DNA of 56,173 nucleotides from Cyanobacteriota bacterium (GCA_046052125.1 JBJOMY010000008.1:1-56173), one strand, 5' to 3'. Shown: positions 44,963-56,173, counted from the first letter of the stretch. Numbers and translations are program-made. Notes: generated by a model not told the origin, from the sequence alone.

Positions 44963-47532
44963 CGGCTGCCCCGCCCACCGCATCGCAGGCTGAGCTCGCG
45001 CCTGGCACGTCTCCGGCGATTGCTCTTGCCGGCCCTCCGGGTCCGGATCTCCAGGGAGATCCCATTGCTGAGGCGCCTGCAACGGCGCACCAGCCCCAGG
45101 CGGCAACCCCGTTCAGTGGCATTCAGCGCGAGGCGCTTGAGCTGCTCGAGTGGGGGCGCTTGGGCGAGCACGTGGCCGGCTTCGCCAGCACTACGGCTGG
45201 CCGCCGGCTCTGCCGTGAGCTGCCCCTGGCCCCCAGCCTGGAGGCCAGCCGCCAGCTTCTGGAGCAAACCACTGAACTGCTCGCCCTTGATGGGGTGCTC
45301 GAGGGGGGGCTCAGTTTTCAGGGGGTGGCGGATCTGAGCCGCACCGTGCAGCTCTGCGCCAAGGGCGGGGTGGCCTCCGCCGATGAGCTGCTCGATGTGG
45401 CCACCACCTTGGCGGCGGCGCGGCGACTGCGCCGTCAGATCGATGATCCCGAGCTGCGGCCGATCACCACGGCGTTGGTGGATGAGCTGCGCACCCTGCC
45501 GGAGCTGGAGCAGCGCCTGCGCTTCTGCATCGAGGACGGCGGCCGTGTGGCGGATCGGGCCAGCCCGCCCCTGGCCCAGTTGCGCCGCCAGATCGGTGCC
45601 GCTCGCCAGGAGCGCCGTGATCGGCTGAACGACTTGCTTCGCCGCTACGCCGCCCTGCTCCAGGACAGCGTGATCTCGGAGCGCAATGGGCGGCCGGTGC
45701 TGGCGGTGAAGGCCGGCGCCGCCAGCCAGTTGCCGGGCCTGGTGCACGACAGCTCCGCCTCGGGCAGCACGGTGTTCATTGAGCCCCAGGCGGTGGTTCC
45801 CCAGGGGAACCGGCTGCGCCAACTGGAGGGCGAGGAACGGGAGGCCGAGCGCGCGGTGCTTCTCGAGCTCAGCGGCCTGGTGGGAGAGGAGCAACCGGCC
45901 CTCGAGCACCTGCAGCGGGTGTTGCTGCTGCTCGATTGCGCGTTGGCGCGAGCCCGCTACAGCGCCTGGCTGGGGGCGGTGCGCCCCGAACTCGACGCCG
46001 ATCCGCTGGCGCCGCTGCAGCTGGAGGGTCTGCGCCATCCGCTGCTGCTCTGGCAGGAGTGGCGGGAGGCGGCTCGGGCGGTGGTGCCCGTCACCGTGCG
46101 GGTGCAGGAAGGGCTGCGGGTGGTGGCGATCACCGGCCCCAACACCGGCGGCAAGACCGTGACCCTCAAGAGCGTGGGCTTGGCGGCCTTGATGGCCCGA
46201 GCCGGTTTGTTCCTGCCCTGCAGCGGCAGTCCGCGCCTGCCCTGGTGCGCCCAGGTGTTGGCCGACATCGGCGATGAGCAGTCGCTGCAGCAGAACCTCT
46301 CCACCTTCAGCGGCCACGTGCGCCGCATCGCCCGCATCCTGGAGGCGCTGCCTCCGGCTGGTGCGGATCTGGCCAGCGCGTCTGGTGCCTCGCTGGTGCT
46401 GCTGGATGAGGTGGGTGCGGGCACCGATCCCACCGAGGGCACAGCTTTGGCGATTGCCCTGCTCAAGCAGTTGGCGGAGCGGGCCCGGCTCACCATTGCC
46501 ACTACCCACTTCGGTGAGCTCAAAGCCCTCAAATATGACGACCCCCGCTTCGAGAACGCCTCCGTGGCGTTCGACGTGGAAACCCTCTCGCCGACCTACC
46601 ACCTGCAGTGGGGGATCCCCGGGCGCAGCAACGCCCTGGCCATCGCCACGCGGCTGGGGCTGGACACCGCGGTGTTGGCCGATGCCCAGGCGCTGTTGGC
46701 GCCCCGCGGCGAAGGGGAGGTGAACCAGGTGATCGCTGGTTTGGAAAATCAGCGGCAGCGCCAACAGGAGGCGGCGGAGGAGGCGGCGGCCCTGTTGGCG
46801 CGCACCGAACTGCTGCACGAGGAGCTGCTTCAGCGCTGGCAGCAACAGAAGGAGCAGAGCGCTGAACTGCAGGAGCAACGCCGCCAGGAGCTGGAGCGTT
46901 CGATCCGCGACGGCCAGAAGGAGGTGCGCCGGATCATCCGCCGCCTGCGCCAGGGCCGCGATGTGGACACCACCAGTCTCGGTGAAACGGCGCGCCGGGC
47001 CGGTCAGCGGCTGAAGAAGCTCGAGCAGCAGCACCAGCCCCAGCCGGAGCGCCGCGACCACAAGGGATGGCGACCCGCCGTAGGCGATCGGGTGCGGGTG
47101 CTATCGCTTGGCAAGGCCGGCGAAGTGTTGGCTCTCTCTGCCGATGGCCGCGAGCTCACGGTGCGCTGCGGCGTGATGCGGCTCAACCTGGAGCTCTCCG
47201 CCATTGAGGGGCTCAACGGCGAGAAGCCGGCGCCGCCCGAGGCCACCGTGAAGGTGCGCAGCCGCACCCCCATCGGCAGCCGCAGCCCCGATGTGCGCAC
47301 CGAGCGCAACACCGTGGATGTGCGCGGTATGCGCGTGCATGAAGCCGAGGCGGCCGTGGAGGAACGGCTGCGCAGTGCCAGTGGCCCCCTTTGGGTGATT
47401 CACGGCATCGGCACCGGCAAGCTCAAGCGTGGCCTGCGCGAGTGGTTGGCAACGGTTCCTTATGTGGAGCGCGTCAGCGACGCCGAGCAGGGAGACGGCG
47501 GCCAGGGCTGCAGTGTGATCTGGCCGAAGTAA
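44959..47532 (+). CDS. mutS2: Endonuclease MutS2
   Basis: HD.SASG.T.FIEP, TGPNTGGKT, DIGDEQS, LDEVG.GTDP, TTH, C-terminal Smr (IHG.GTG.L); start may be later. Confidence 0.95.
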   Translation: MTAAPPTASQAELAPGTSPAIALAGPPGPDLQGDPIAEAPATAHQPQAATPFSGIQREALELLEWGRLGEHVAGFASTTAGRRLCRELPLAPSLEASRQLLEQTTELLALDGVLEGGLSFQGVADLSRTVQLCAKGGVASADELLDVATTLAAARRLRRQIDDPELRPITTALVDELRTLPELEQRLRFCIEDGGRVADRASPPLAQLRRQIGAARQERRDRLNDLLRRYAALLQDSVISERNGRPVLAVKAGAASQLPGLVHDSSASGSTVFIEPQAVVPQGNRLRQLEGEEREAERAVLLELSGLVGEEQPALEHLQRVLLLLDCALARARYSAWLGAVRPELDADPLAPLQLEGLRHPLLLWQEWREAARAVVPVTVRVQEGLRVVAITGPNTGGKTVTLKSVGLAALMARAGLFLPCSGSPRLPWCAQVLADIGDEQSLQQNLSTFSGHVRRIARILEALPPAGADLASASGASLVLLDEVGAGTDPTEGTALAIALLKQLAERARLTIATTHFGELKALKYDDPRFENASVAFDVETLSPTYHLQWGIPGRSNALAIATRLGLDTAVLADAQALLAPRGEGEVNQVIAGLENQRQRQQEAAEEAAALLARTELLHEELLQRWQQQKEQSAELQEQRRQELERSIRDGQKEVRRIIRRLRQGRDVDTTSLGETARRAGQRLKKLEQQHQPQPERRDHKGWRPAVGDRVRVLSLGKAGEVLALSADGRELTVRCGVMRLNLELSAIEGLNGEKPAPPEATVKVRSRTPIGSRSPDVRTERNTVDVRGMRVHEAEAAVEERLRSASGPLWVIHGIGTGKLKRGLREWLATVPYVERVSDAEQGDGGQGCSVIWPK

Positions 47533-47545
47533 GTGGCCAAACCCC

Positions 47546-48790
<1,245 letters not shown>

Positions 48791-48829
48791 GACCAGGCCA
48801 CACGGCGGCCCGATCCTAGGGTTGGTCAA

Positions 48830-49819
48830 ATGCAGTTCATTGATCAGGCCCGGATCGCCGTGCGGGCTGGCCGCGGCGGCGACGGTATCGCGGCCTTCCG
48901 CCGAGAAAAATATGTGCCGGCAGGCGGGCCCTCCGGCGGGGATGGCGGCCGCGGCGGTGATGTGTGGCTGGAGGCGGATCCCAACCTTCAGACCCTGCTC
49001 GACTTCAAGTACAAGCGTCTGTTCGAGGCGGTGGATGGTCGCCGCGGTGGCCCGAACAAAAGCACCGGGGCCAGCGGCGACGGCCTCACGATCAAGGTGC
49101 CCTGCGGTACGGAGGTGAGGGATCGGCGCACCGGCATCCTGCTGGGCGATCTCACCGAGAAGGGTCAGAGGCTGTTGGTGGCCCTGGGTGGCCGTGGCGG
49201 CCTTGGCAACGCCCACTACCTGAGCAACCGCAATCGCGCCCCCGAGAAGTTCACCGAGGGGCGCGACGGCGAGGAATGGACTCTGCAGCTCGAGCTCAAG
49301 TTGCTGGCGGAGGTGGGGATCATCGGTTTGCCCAACGCCGGCAAGAGCACGCTGATCTCGGTGCTCTCAGCGGCGCGGCCCAAGATCGCCGATTACCCCT
49401 TCACCACCCTGGTGCCCAACCTGGGCGTGGTGCGCCGGCCCACCGGCGACGGCACCGTGTTTGCCGATATCCCCGGCCTGATCGCTGGTGCAGCGCAGGG
49501 GGCCGGCCTCGGCCACGATTTCCTGCGCCACATTCAGCGCACGCGCCTGCTGATCCATCTGGTGGATGCCAGCTCTGATGACGTGGTGCGCGATCTGCAG
49601 GTGGTGCAGCAGGAGCTCTCGGCCTACGGCAACGGGCTCGATGAACGGCCCTGCCTGGTGGCGCTCAACAAAACCGAGCTGCTGCTCGATGACGAGCTCG
49701 AGGAGAGGATTCAGCAGGCCAGCGACCATTGCGGCCAACCTGTACTGGCGATCTCCGCCGCCACATCAAGCAATCTGGACAAACTGCTGGCGGCCACCTG
49801 GAAAGAGCTCGGAATCTGA
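48830..49819 (+). CDS. obgE: GTPase ObgE/CgtA
   Basis: [33 protein letters not shown]. Confidence 0.96.
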   Translation: MQFIDQARIAVRAGRGGDGIAAFRREKYVPAGGPSGGDGGRGGDVWLEADPNLQTLLDFKYKRLFEAVDGRRGGPNKSTGASGDGLTIKVPCGTEVRDRRTGILLGDLTEKGQRLLVALGGRGGLGNAHYLSNRNRAPEKFTEGRDGEEWTLQLELKLLAEVGIIGLPNAGKSTLISVLSAARPKIADYPFTTLVPNLGVVRRPTGDGTVFADIPGLIAGAAQGAGLGHDFLRHIQRTRLLIHLVDASSDDVVRDLQVVQQELSAYGNGLDERPCLVALNKTELLLDDELEERIQQASDHCGQPVLAISAATSSNLDKLLAATWKELGI

Positions 49820-49868
49820 AGCTCATTCCAGGTTGGCGCCGCGGCTGAGCAATGCGCTCAACAACGAC

Positions 49869-50087
49869 TCAGTCGTCGTAGACCAGGCACTCGGGGGCGT
49901 CGGGGTTGAGGTCGCAGAACACCTCGAGAGGAGTGGGGTCCTTCTTCTCTTCGGGGTGGTGCGCCTTGTACTCCTCAAGATCCTTCACCTCTTCCTCGAG
50001 GTGACGAACCTTGCCCTGATCGCCGGCAGCGCGGGCCGCTTCGATCTCGGTTTTGTCCTTCGCGATGTGCTCGTCGATCGTGGTCAT
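49869..50087 (-). CDS. cp12: CP12 protein (C-terminal Cys pair only)
   Basis: DPTPLEVFCDLNPDAPECLVYDD C-terminus. Confidence 0.88.
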   Translation of the reverse strand: MTTIDEHIAKDKTEIEAARAAGDQGKVRHLEEEVKDLEEYKAHHPEEKKDPTPLEVFCDLNPDAPECLVYDD

Positions 50088-50252
50088 GGAGGAGGCCGGA
50101 AGTGCTCGGCCGCTCGACGTCGTGCACACCATACGGGCTGTAAGCCCAGGCGGGAGACCTTTGTGGTGGGCTTCTGATTTCGGCCTGTTGCCGGCGTTTG
50201 CGGCGCTATCGCCGTGCTGTTGCTAGGGAGAGGGCACCAGGCTCCCGGGGCC

Positions 50253-50750
50253 ATGACACGCATCCGCCAACGCCGCGATCGTCACTTCATCGACGACCAC
50301 GGCCGCCTCTATTGGATCAACGGCCCGGAGCATCACTGCTATCTCTCTGAGCAACGGCAGTGGCGCACCGGCCTGAGCTTTGAGGAGGTGCTCGAGTGGA
50401 AGCAGTGCGCCCCCAGCGGCCTGGTGAGCCAGCGCTTCGCCTCCCTGCAGGCAGCCTGCGAGGCCTTCGAGCACCAGCAGGTGCAGTGGTCGCTGGATCT
50501 CTACCTGCGGCGGATGGGGGATGAGATGGCGATCCAGCGCGGCGTGGACGACTACAAGCCCACGGCGCTCAAGGACGAGGAAGCCCGCACCGGTTGCCTG
50601 CGGCGTCAGCCCTGGCTCGGCGCGGAACCCACGCCCGCGCCCCGCTGCGAGCTAACGGCCCGGCCGGCTTCCTGCCGTCCGGCGCTTCAAGAGCTGCCCC
50701 ACCAGCTGCGCCGACGCCGCAGCAGCGCCCTTAACCAGCCAGTTCGCTGA
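50253..50750 (+). CDS. Hypothetical protein
   Basis: ORF with coding-like composition filling the CP12 to ABC-F gap; no recognised motif. Confidence 0.6.
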   Translation: MTRIRQRRDRHFIDDHGRLYWINGPEHHCYLSEQRQWRTGLSFEEVLEWKQCAPSGLVSQRFASLQAACEAFEHQQVQWSLDLYLRRMGDEMAIQRGVDDYKPTALKDEEARTGCLRRQPWLGAEPTPAPRCELTARPASCRPALQELPHQLRRRRSSALNQPVR

Positions 50751-52677
50751 GCTCCAGCCAGCGCTCCTCGCCCCGGGCGATGCGCTCCAGCAGTGATGAG
50801 AGCTCTTCGCTCAGGGCCTCGAGGGCGGCGTAATCGCTGCCGGCGGCGGCCATCTGCGCCTCTAGGGCGCTGCGCTGCTCCTCCCAGCGGGGCAGGTCGG
50901 CATCGAGCTGCTCCAGTTCGCGGGTTTCTTTGAAGCTGCGGCGGCGCGCCTTGGCGGGAGGGGGCGTTGCCTCGGCGGTGGCGGGTGGCTCAGCGATGGC
51001 CTTGGCCGAGGCGGCCGGGCTCGCGTTGGCGGCTGAGGGTTGTCGTTCGAGATAGCTGCTGTAGTTGCCCTCGAAGCGCTCGAGCTGGCCGTCTTCAAAG
51101 CAGAACAGCCGATCCACGGTGCGATCGAGGAAGTAGCGGTCGTGGGACACCACCACGACGCAACCGCGGAAGTCTTCGAGGAAGTCCTCGAGCACCGTGA
51201 GGGTCTGCACGTCGAGATCGTTGGTGGGCTCATCGAGCAGCAGCACGTTCGGCGCTTCGATCAGGAGCCGGCAGAGGTGCAGGCGCCGGCGCTCCCCGCC
51301 GGAGAGCTTGGCCACGGGCTGGTGTTGCTGCGCCGGCGGGAAGAGGAAGCGCTCCAGCAGCTGGGAGGCGCTGAGGGTGGAGCCCTCCAGTTCCACCGTG
51401 CTCGCGGCTTCTTTCACCACATCGATCACCTTGCGCTGGCGGCCGGCCGCATCGGTGCCATCGAGCACGTGGTGGCTGTGTTGATCGAAATAGGCCAACT
51501 TCACGGTGCTGCCCAGCTCGATCCGGCCGGCCTGGGCCTGGCGCCGGCCGGCGATCAGATCGAGCAGGGTGGATTTACCGGAGCCGTTGGGGCCGATGAT
51601 CCCCACCCGGTCTTCAGGGCTGAAGTCGTAGCTGAACTCGCGCAGCAGCGGTTGGGCTCCGCTGGCCTGGTGGGCATCGGTGGCCCACACGCTGAGGGCC
51701 TCGGCCTCGATCGCCCGTTTGCCCAGGCGCCGCTGATTGGTGGCGAGGCTCAGCTGCCCCTTCTGCTGCCGCTTGGGCTGCTCCTGCATCGCCTCGATCC
51801 GCTGGATCCGGGCCTTCTGCTTGGTGCTGCGGGCCTTCGGGCCGCGCTTGAGCCACTCCAACTCCCGCCGCAGCACGTTGCGCAGCTTGGCTTCGCTCGC
51901 CGCCTCGGAGGCTTCTTCTTCGGCCTTGCGGGCCAGGTAGTAGGCGTAGTTGCCGCTGTAGCTGCGGGCCTCGCCGCGATCCACCTCCACGATCCGGTTG
52001 GTCACCTGATCGAGCACGTAGCGGTCGTGGGTGATCAGCACCAGGGCGCCGCGGAAGCGCTGCAGGTAGCCCTGCAACCACTGGATGCAGTCGGCATCGA
52101 GGTGGTTGGTGGGCTCATCGAGCAGCAGCACATCCGGATCGGCCACCAGGGCCGCCGCCAGGGCCAGGCGTTTGCGGTAGCCGCCCGAGAGGTCGCCCAC
52201 ACGGCGCTGGGTGTCGCCGATGCCCAGCCGCTGCAGCACTTCGCGGATCTGCTGCTCCAGGTCCCAGGCCTGGCTCTGATCCATGCGGGCGTTGAGGTCG
52301 CTGAGCTCCGCCAGGAGGGCGCTGTCGTCGCTGCCCTGGGCGTGGGCGGAGGCCAGCGCATTGCTCACGGCGGTGTAGCGCTGCAGCAGCTGCATTTTTT
52401 CGCCGCTGCCCTCAAACACCTGCTCGAGCACGGTGCGCTGCGGATCCATTTCCGGCTCCTGGCTCACCAGCACGATCCGCGCCTGGGGCAACACGCGCCG
52501 CTCCCCTGAACCCGGAGGCTCCAAGCCCGCCAGCACATGCAACAAGGTGGATTTGCCAGCGCCGTTGGGTCCGATCAGCCCGAGCCGCTCCCGCTCGCCC
52601 ACATGCAGGCTGAGGCCGTCAAACAGGGTGCGGATGCCGAAGTCCTTGCGGACATCCACCAGGCTGATCAAGCTCAC
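50731..52677 (-). CDS. ABC-F family ATPase (Uup-like)
   Basis: Two ABC cassettes (GPNGAGKS, GPNGSGKS, LSGG, DEPTN), GPKAR.TK linker, C-terminal coiled coil ending RWLEL. Confidence 0.92.
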   Translation of the reverse strand: MSLISLVDVRKDFGIRTLFDGLSLHVGERERLGLIGPNGAGKSTLLHVLAGLEPPGSGERRVLPQARIVLVSQEPEMDPQRTVLEQVFEGSGEKMQLLQRYTAVSNALASAHAQGSDDSALLAELSDLNARMDQSQAWDLEQQIREVLQRLGIGDTQRRVGDLSGGYRKRLALAAALVADPDVLLLDEPTNHLDADCIQWLQGYLQRFRGALVLITHDRYVLDQVTNRIVEVDRGEARSYSGNYAYYLARKAEEEASEAASEAKLRNVLRRELEWLKRGPKARSTKQKARIQRIEAMQEQPKRQQKGQLSLATNQRRLGKRAIEAEALSVWATDAHQASGAQPLLREFSYDFSPEDRVGIIGPNGSGKSTLLDLIAGRRQAQAGRIELGSTVKLAYFDQHSHHVLDGTDAAGRQRKVIDVVKEAASTVELEGSTLSASQLLERFLFPPAQQHQPVAKLSGGERRRLHLCRLLIEAPNVLLLDEPTNDLDVQTLTVLEDFLEDFRGCVVVVSHDRYFLDRTVDRLFCFEDGQLERFEGNYSSYLERQPSAANASPAASAKAIAEPPATAEATPPPAKARRRSFKETRELEQLDADLPRWEEQRSALEAQMAAAGSDYAALEALSEELSSLLERIARGEERWLELSELAG

Positions 52678-53300
52678 GAACCGGGCTGCTTCCGCTGAGC
52701 TTCCAGATAAGCAAACACGCTTTTATCCCCCACATCGGCTGCGGCGGGCATGGGGAATTTGCGCAGGGTGAGCACGAGCAGCAGCGCCGCCTCCAGCCCC
52801 ATCAGCGTGGCTGTCGCCGTGGCCGGCAACACACCGCTGAGGGCGCCCAGGAGGGCCACCGGCAGCAGCAGGGTCACGCCGATCGCCTCTGGCCTGCGGA
52901 AGCAGAAGAACTCCTTGAAGCCGATGCCGGCCAGGGCAGCGAAGAAGGGGCCGATCGCCCAGATCCAGCGCGGATCAGCGGCCACGGTTTCAGCCATGGC
53001 GCTTGGGCCCGAGCGGATTGCCAGGGCCACGAAACCCAGGCTGCCGATCAGCCAAAAGAGTTGGAGGGCGCGGTGCAACGGGCGCAGGTAAATGTGAATC
53101 CAGCGCAGGGCCAGGCCCACCCCGATCACCAGCGGCAGCAGCCAGGGCCAGAGCCACTCGCCCCCCAGCTGACGCCACTGCAGCAGTAGCGCCAGTTGCG
53201 CCACCGCGGCGGTGAGCAAGGCCAGCCGATAGCCGAGCACCTCGCGCTCGTCGCCGGCCGTGATGCTGTACGGCCCGTACACCCCTTCAAAGCTGGTCAT
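52674..53300 (-). CDS. DUF2301-like membrane protein
   Basis: EGVYGPY.IT..D..EV..YR, IHIY, G..FKEFFCF, DVGDKSVF. Confidence 0.8.
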   Translation of the reverse strand: MTSFEGVYGPYSITAGDEREVLGYRLALLTAAVAQLALLLQWRQLGGEWLWPWLLPLVIGVGLALRWIHIYLRPLHRALQLFWLIGSLGFVALAIRSGPSAMAETVAADPRWIWAIGPFFAALAGIGFKEFFCFRRPEAIGVTLLLPVALLGALSGVLPATATATLMGLEAALLLVLTLRKFPMPAAADVGDKSVFAYLEAQRKQPGS

Positions 53301-54262
53301 GGCTGCAGCCGGCCCTGCACCAGTGTGGCCAGCTCCGGACCCGCCGGCACGATCCCCGAGGGATGGAGGGGGAAGAGCGCCCCAAAGTAGTCGCTGCGCC
53401 AGGCCTGATCGCAGCAGGTGCCCGCCACTCCCGGCAAGTTGAAGAAGCGCTGGCGCCACTGCCACAGCGCCGGGAACTGCCAAAGGGGCCGGCGCGACAC
53501 GCCAAACAGGGGCGCGTACACCAGCTCCAAGCGGATCAGGGTGGGGAACAACTGCACGTCCGCCAGGCTGGGGGCCGCTCCTGCCAGCCAGGGCCTGGTG
53601 TTTGGCTCGCTCAGGGCTGATTCCGCTGCATCCAGAGCGGCGAACAGTGCGGCTTCGGCCCGGTCGTACGCCGCCTGGGTGCGGGCAAAGCCGCAGCGAT
53701 ACACGCCATCGTTCACCGCTCCTTGAAACAGCTCGCGCCAGCGGGTAATCGCCGCGCTTTTCTCCACCGGAGCCAGATCCGCGCTGCCGGAGGGGGCGGG
53801 CCACTGGTTGAGCAGCTCGATCAGCCGAGCGCTCTCTCCCAACACCACCTGCCCGCTGCGGCGATGCACCAACACCGGCACGGTGGCTCGTTGTTGGGCA
53901 GGGGCCCCGGAGCGCCGGTAGAGCTCCTGGAGGGTGGTGCAGCCCAGAAAGGGTGTGGGGAAGCGCCAGCGGCCCGCCTTGGGATCGGGCTCCACCACCA
54001 CCAGCTCGATCGAAGACTGCAGTTGCCGCAGGGTCCACACCAGCCAGGCCCGATGAGCCCAGGGGCAGCTTCGCCCCACGATCAGCACGTGGGCGCCTGG
54101 CTCGGCGGCATCGCTGGGGAGGGGTGGTAGCTCGGTGAAGGCGGCCTCGGGCCGGGTGTAGTTGCCCTCGGCATCCGCTGGGCCCAGGCCCCCCATCAGT
54201 TGGAGCCACTGCCAGTGCCAGCCGGCGCGGGCTGTGGCCACCATCGCCGGGGGAATCGCCAT
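53297..54262 (-). CDS. Glutathionyl-hydroquinone reductase (Xi-class GST)
   Basis: CPWAHR, TVPVL, ES..IE, VN.GVYRCGFA.TQ, LFPTLIR. Confidence 0.87.
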   Translation of the reverse strand: MAIPPAMVATARAGWHWQWLQLMGGLGPADAEGNYTRPEAAFTELPPLPSDAAEPGAHVLIVGRSCPWAHRAWLVWTLRQLQSSIELVVVEPDPKAGRWRFPTPFLGCTTLQELYRRSGAPAQQRATVPVLVHRRSGQVVLGESARLIELLNQWPAPSGSADLAPVEKSAAITRWRELFQGAVNDGVYRCGFARTQAAYDRAEAALFAALDAAESALSEPNTRPWLAGAAPSLADVQLFPTLIRLELVYAPLFGVSRRPLWQFPALWQWRQRFFNLPGVAGTCCDQAWRSDYFGALFPLHPSGIVPAGPELATLVQGRLQP

Positions 54263-54319
54263 GGCCGCTCTCGCTGGATTGTTGCCAGGCTGGCGCAAGA
54301 ACCAACAGGGATCCAGCGG

Positions 54320-55264
54320 ATGGGGCAGGGCCGAGTGCTGGTGGTGGCCGCCACCCATGGCAATGAGCGCAACGCCCCCTGGTTGATGGAGCACTGGCGC
54401 CAGCAGCCCCAGCTCCTCGCTGCGGCCGGCCTGGAGTTGCAGCTGGAGATCGGCAATCCCAAAGCTTTTGCCGCCAACCGCCGCTACATCGATCGCGACC
54501 TCAATCGCTGCTTCGATCCGGAGCTGCTCGCTGATGCCTCCCGCCAGGAGCTGGAAATCCAGCGCGCCCGCGATCTACTGGCCGCCTTCGGACCCAATGG
54601 CGCTCACCCCTGCACCGTGGCTCTTGATCTACACAGCACCACCAGTGCCATGGGTAACTCAATGGTGGTGTATGGCCGCCGTCCGGCGGATTTGGCGCTG
54701 GCGGCTGGGATCCAGGCGCGCCTGGGTTTGCCGGTGTATCTGCACGAAGCCGACGCTGCCCAGACCGGTTTTTTGGTGGAGCGCTGGCCCTCAGGCCTGG
54801 TGATCGAGGTTGGACCGGTGCCCCAGGGGCTGGTGAGCGCCACGATCTGCCGGCAGACCCAGCTGGCCGTGGAGGCCGCCTGCGACACCCTGGCGGCCGC
54901 GGCAGCCGGCCGGTTGCACTTGCCCCAGGGGCTGCAGGTGCATCTCCATCAAGCGAGCCTGGATCTGCCGCGCCGCAGCGATGGCACTCCCCTGGCGGCG
55001 TTGCATCCACAGCGCCAGCACCGCGATTGGCAACCGCTTCAGAGCGGGGATCCGCTCTTCTGGCAGCCCGATGGGGGTGGGGAGCGTTATGCGCCTGAGA
55101 GGTTGCCGCTGAGCGCCGAGGCGCGGTGGCCGGTGTTTATCAACGAGGCGGCCTACGGGGAGAAGGGCATCGCCTTGAGCCTCTGCCGGCGCGAGCGATG
55201 GTCCTGTGAACGCTCATGGGCAGAGGCTCTGGAGCAGCTGCTTCAGCGCAGTGGGCCGTTGTAA
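54320..55264 (+). CDS. Aspartoacylase
   Basis: THGNE, RYIDRDLNR, DLHST, IEVGP, PVFINEAAY.EK. Confidence 0.9.
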   Translation: MGQGRVLVVAATHGNERNAPWLMEHWRQQPQLLAAAGLELQLEIGNPKAFAANRRYIDRDLNRCFDPELLADASRQELEIQRARDLLAAFGPNGAHPCTVALDLHSTTSAMGNSMVVYGRRPADLALAAGIQARLGLPVYLHEADAAQTGFLVERWPSGLVIEVGPVPQGLVSATICRQTQLAVEAACDTLAAAAAGRLHLPQGLQVHLHQASLDLPRRSDGTPLAALHPQRQHRDWQPLQSGDPLFWQPDGGGERYAPERLPLSAEARWPVFINEAAYGEKGIALSLCRRERWSCERSWAEALEQLLQRSGPL

Positions 55265-55644
55265 ACGAGTTGGCTCACGGTGCGGCCATCGGGGCTGATC
55301 AGGATCTCGGTGGTGAGCGTGGGGGGCTTGCCCAGTTGCTGCCAGCCAGGTGTCCCGCCGTTGAAGCGGAACAGGAAGCCTTGGCTGTTGGTTTGCGCCA
55401 GGCAGCTGCCGCCACCACCGCCCGAGCTGAACATGCAGGCCGCCGGCATGTAGACGCTCAGGCCACCGTTGAGCTTCACGGCGGTGTTGCGGGCCAGGTT
55501 CAGGGCCCGTTGGCGGGCCGGTGCCAGCTGCTGCAGCTGATCGATGCGCTCGAGGGTCTGGTCAACCCCCTGGGCGCGGGAGCTGGATGGTGCAAGGGCC
55601 AGGCCGCAGAGGAGCAAACCGGCGATGGAGGCGAGGCGTTTCAT
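55243..55644 (-). CDS. Secreted hypothetical protein
   Basis: Signal peptide; RALNLAR..A..LNGGL..Y.P..CM..F.GG.PGW..YNGP. Confidence 0.75.
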   Translation of the reverse strand: MKRLASIAGLLLCGLALAPSSSRAQGVDQTLERIDQLQQLAPARQRALNLARNTAVKLNGGLSVYMPAACMFSSGGGGGSCLAQTNSQGFLFRFNGGTPGWQQLGKPPTLTTEILISPDGRTVSQLVYNGPLR

Positions 55645-55664
55645 ATGAATAGATGTGGGTGGGC

Positions 55665-55967
55665 TCAACCGCAGGCCCAGGTGCCTTGTTCTTTGGTGCA
55701 GGGCAGGTCGCTGCTGGTGCCGTCGGCCCAATAGATACGCAGGCGATCGTCGGCGCTGCCCATGCGGAAGGTGAGCGATTTGACCGGGCCGGCGGGCGGT
55801 TTACCGGCTCGATCGGCGGCGTCGCTGGCGGCGGGCTTGGCCTGGCGCTGCTCCAGTTGTTGCATCCGCAGCTCGAGGCGATCGAGCCGTTCGCTTTCGG
55901 CGGATGGACCGCGCTGGCAGCCCACCAGCAGCAGAGCGGCGGCCAGGGAAACAGCGGGGAGGCGCAT
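55665..55967 (-). CDS. Small lipoprotein
   Basis: Lipobox LVGC, short coiled coil, C-terminal C..WAC. Confidence 0.72.
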   Translation of the reverse strand: MRLPAVSLAAALLLVGCQRGPSAESERLDRLELRMQQLEQRQAKPAASDAADRAGKPPAGPVKSLTFRMGSADDRLRIYWADGTSSDLPCTKEQGTWACG

Positions 55968-56080
55968 GGCCTGGGCGGTGAAAGGCCTCTCCTAGCAGTG
56001 TTTTCAGGGAAAGGCCAGTTGGGTGATCAGCTCGGCTGATGCCACCGATAAGCACCGCTAGCGCCCACTCCGGCCTTAAG

Positions 56081-56173
56081 CGTGTGTCACACGGCGCAAA
56101 CATCCGTTACATTGGGATCTGGCAGGGCGGGTATCCCCCTGTCCTTCCTTCTCGCCCAGCGACAGATCCTCTG
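56081..56173 (+). promoter_or_regulatory. Probable promoter/5' leader of the next gene (possibly psbA)
   Basis: Palindrome CGTGTG-T-CACACG, -10-like TACATT, hairpin GGCAGGG..CCCTGTC; psbA identity inferred only from remembered synteny with aspartoacylase. Confidence 0.4.

Noticed and set aside
44468..45106. Apparent long N-terminal extensions (HlyD here; also 3016, 15370, 28736, 49216, 54305 starts)
   Set aside because: The extensions overlap other genes, and family homology starts at the downstream codons used in the features list.

Overview
High-GC picocyanobacterial chromosome segment (Synechococcus/Cyanobium-like, judged from psaE, pipX, CP12 and DUF3086/DUF3119 content). It begins in the 3' end of a 5S rRNA gene and is mostly core genome: mtnB/C/D, mutM, psaE, recQ, tRNA-Thr/Tyr/Gly, aroQ, miaE, cobI, dusB, der, pipX-pipY-sepF-proC, plsY, glgX, HU, gluQ, feoAB, hemB, mutS2, obgE, CP12, an ABC-F ATPase and aspartoacylase. 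It ends in what may be the psbA promoter region. Several small accessory islets are interspersed. (1) The best candidate for an undescribed system is a three-gene secreted module at 13581-14957: a fimbrial-pilin-like protein, a single-domain PapD-like chaperone and a small beta-hairpin/helical protein sitting where an usher would be expected. (2) A convergent TolC + NHLP-type HlyD pair with three tiny membrane proteins and no ABC transporter (40792-44467). (3) A Cache-type kinase, LuxR-type regulator and LysR-like gene next to tRNA-Thr. (4) A secreted Cys-Ntn amidase, and a VapBC-type TA pair with a palindromic operator. No CRISPR array, integrase or transposase was seen. All family calls come from motif recognition by eye; no database search was run.
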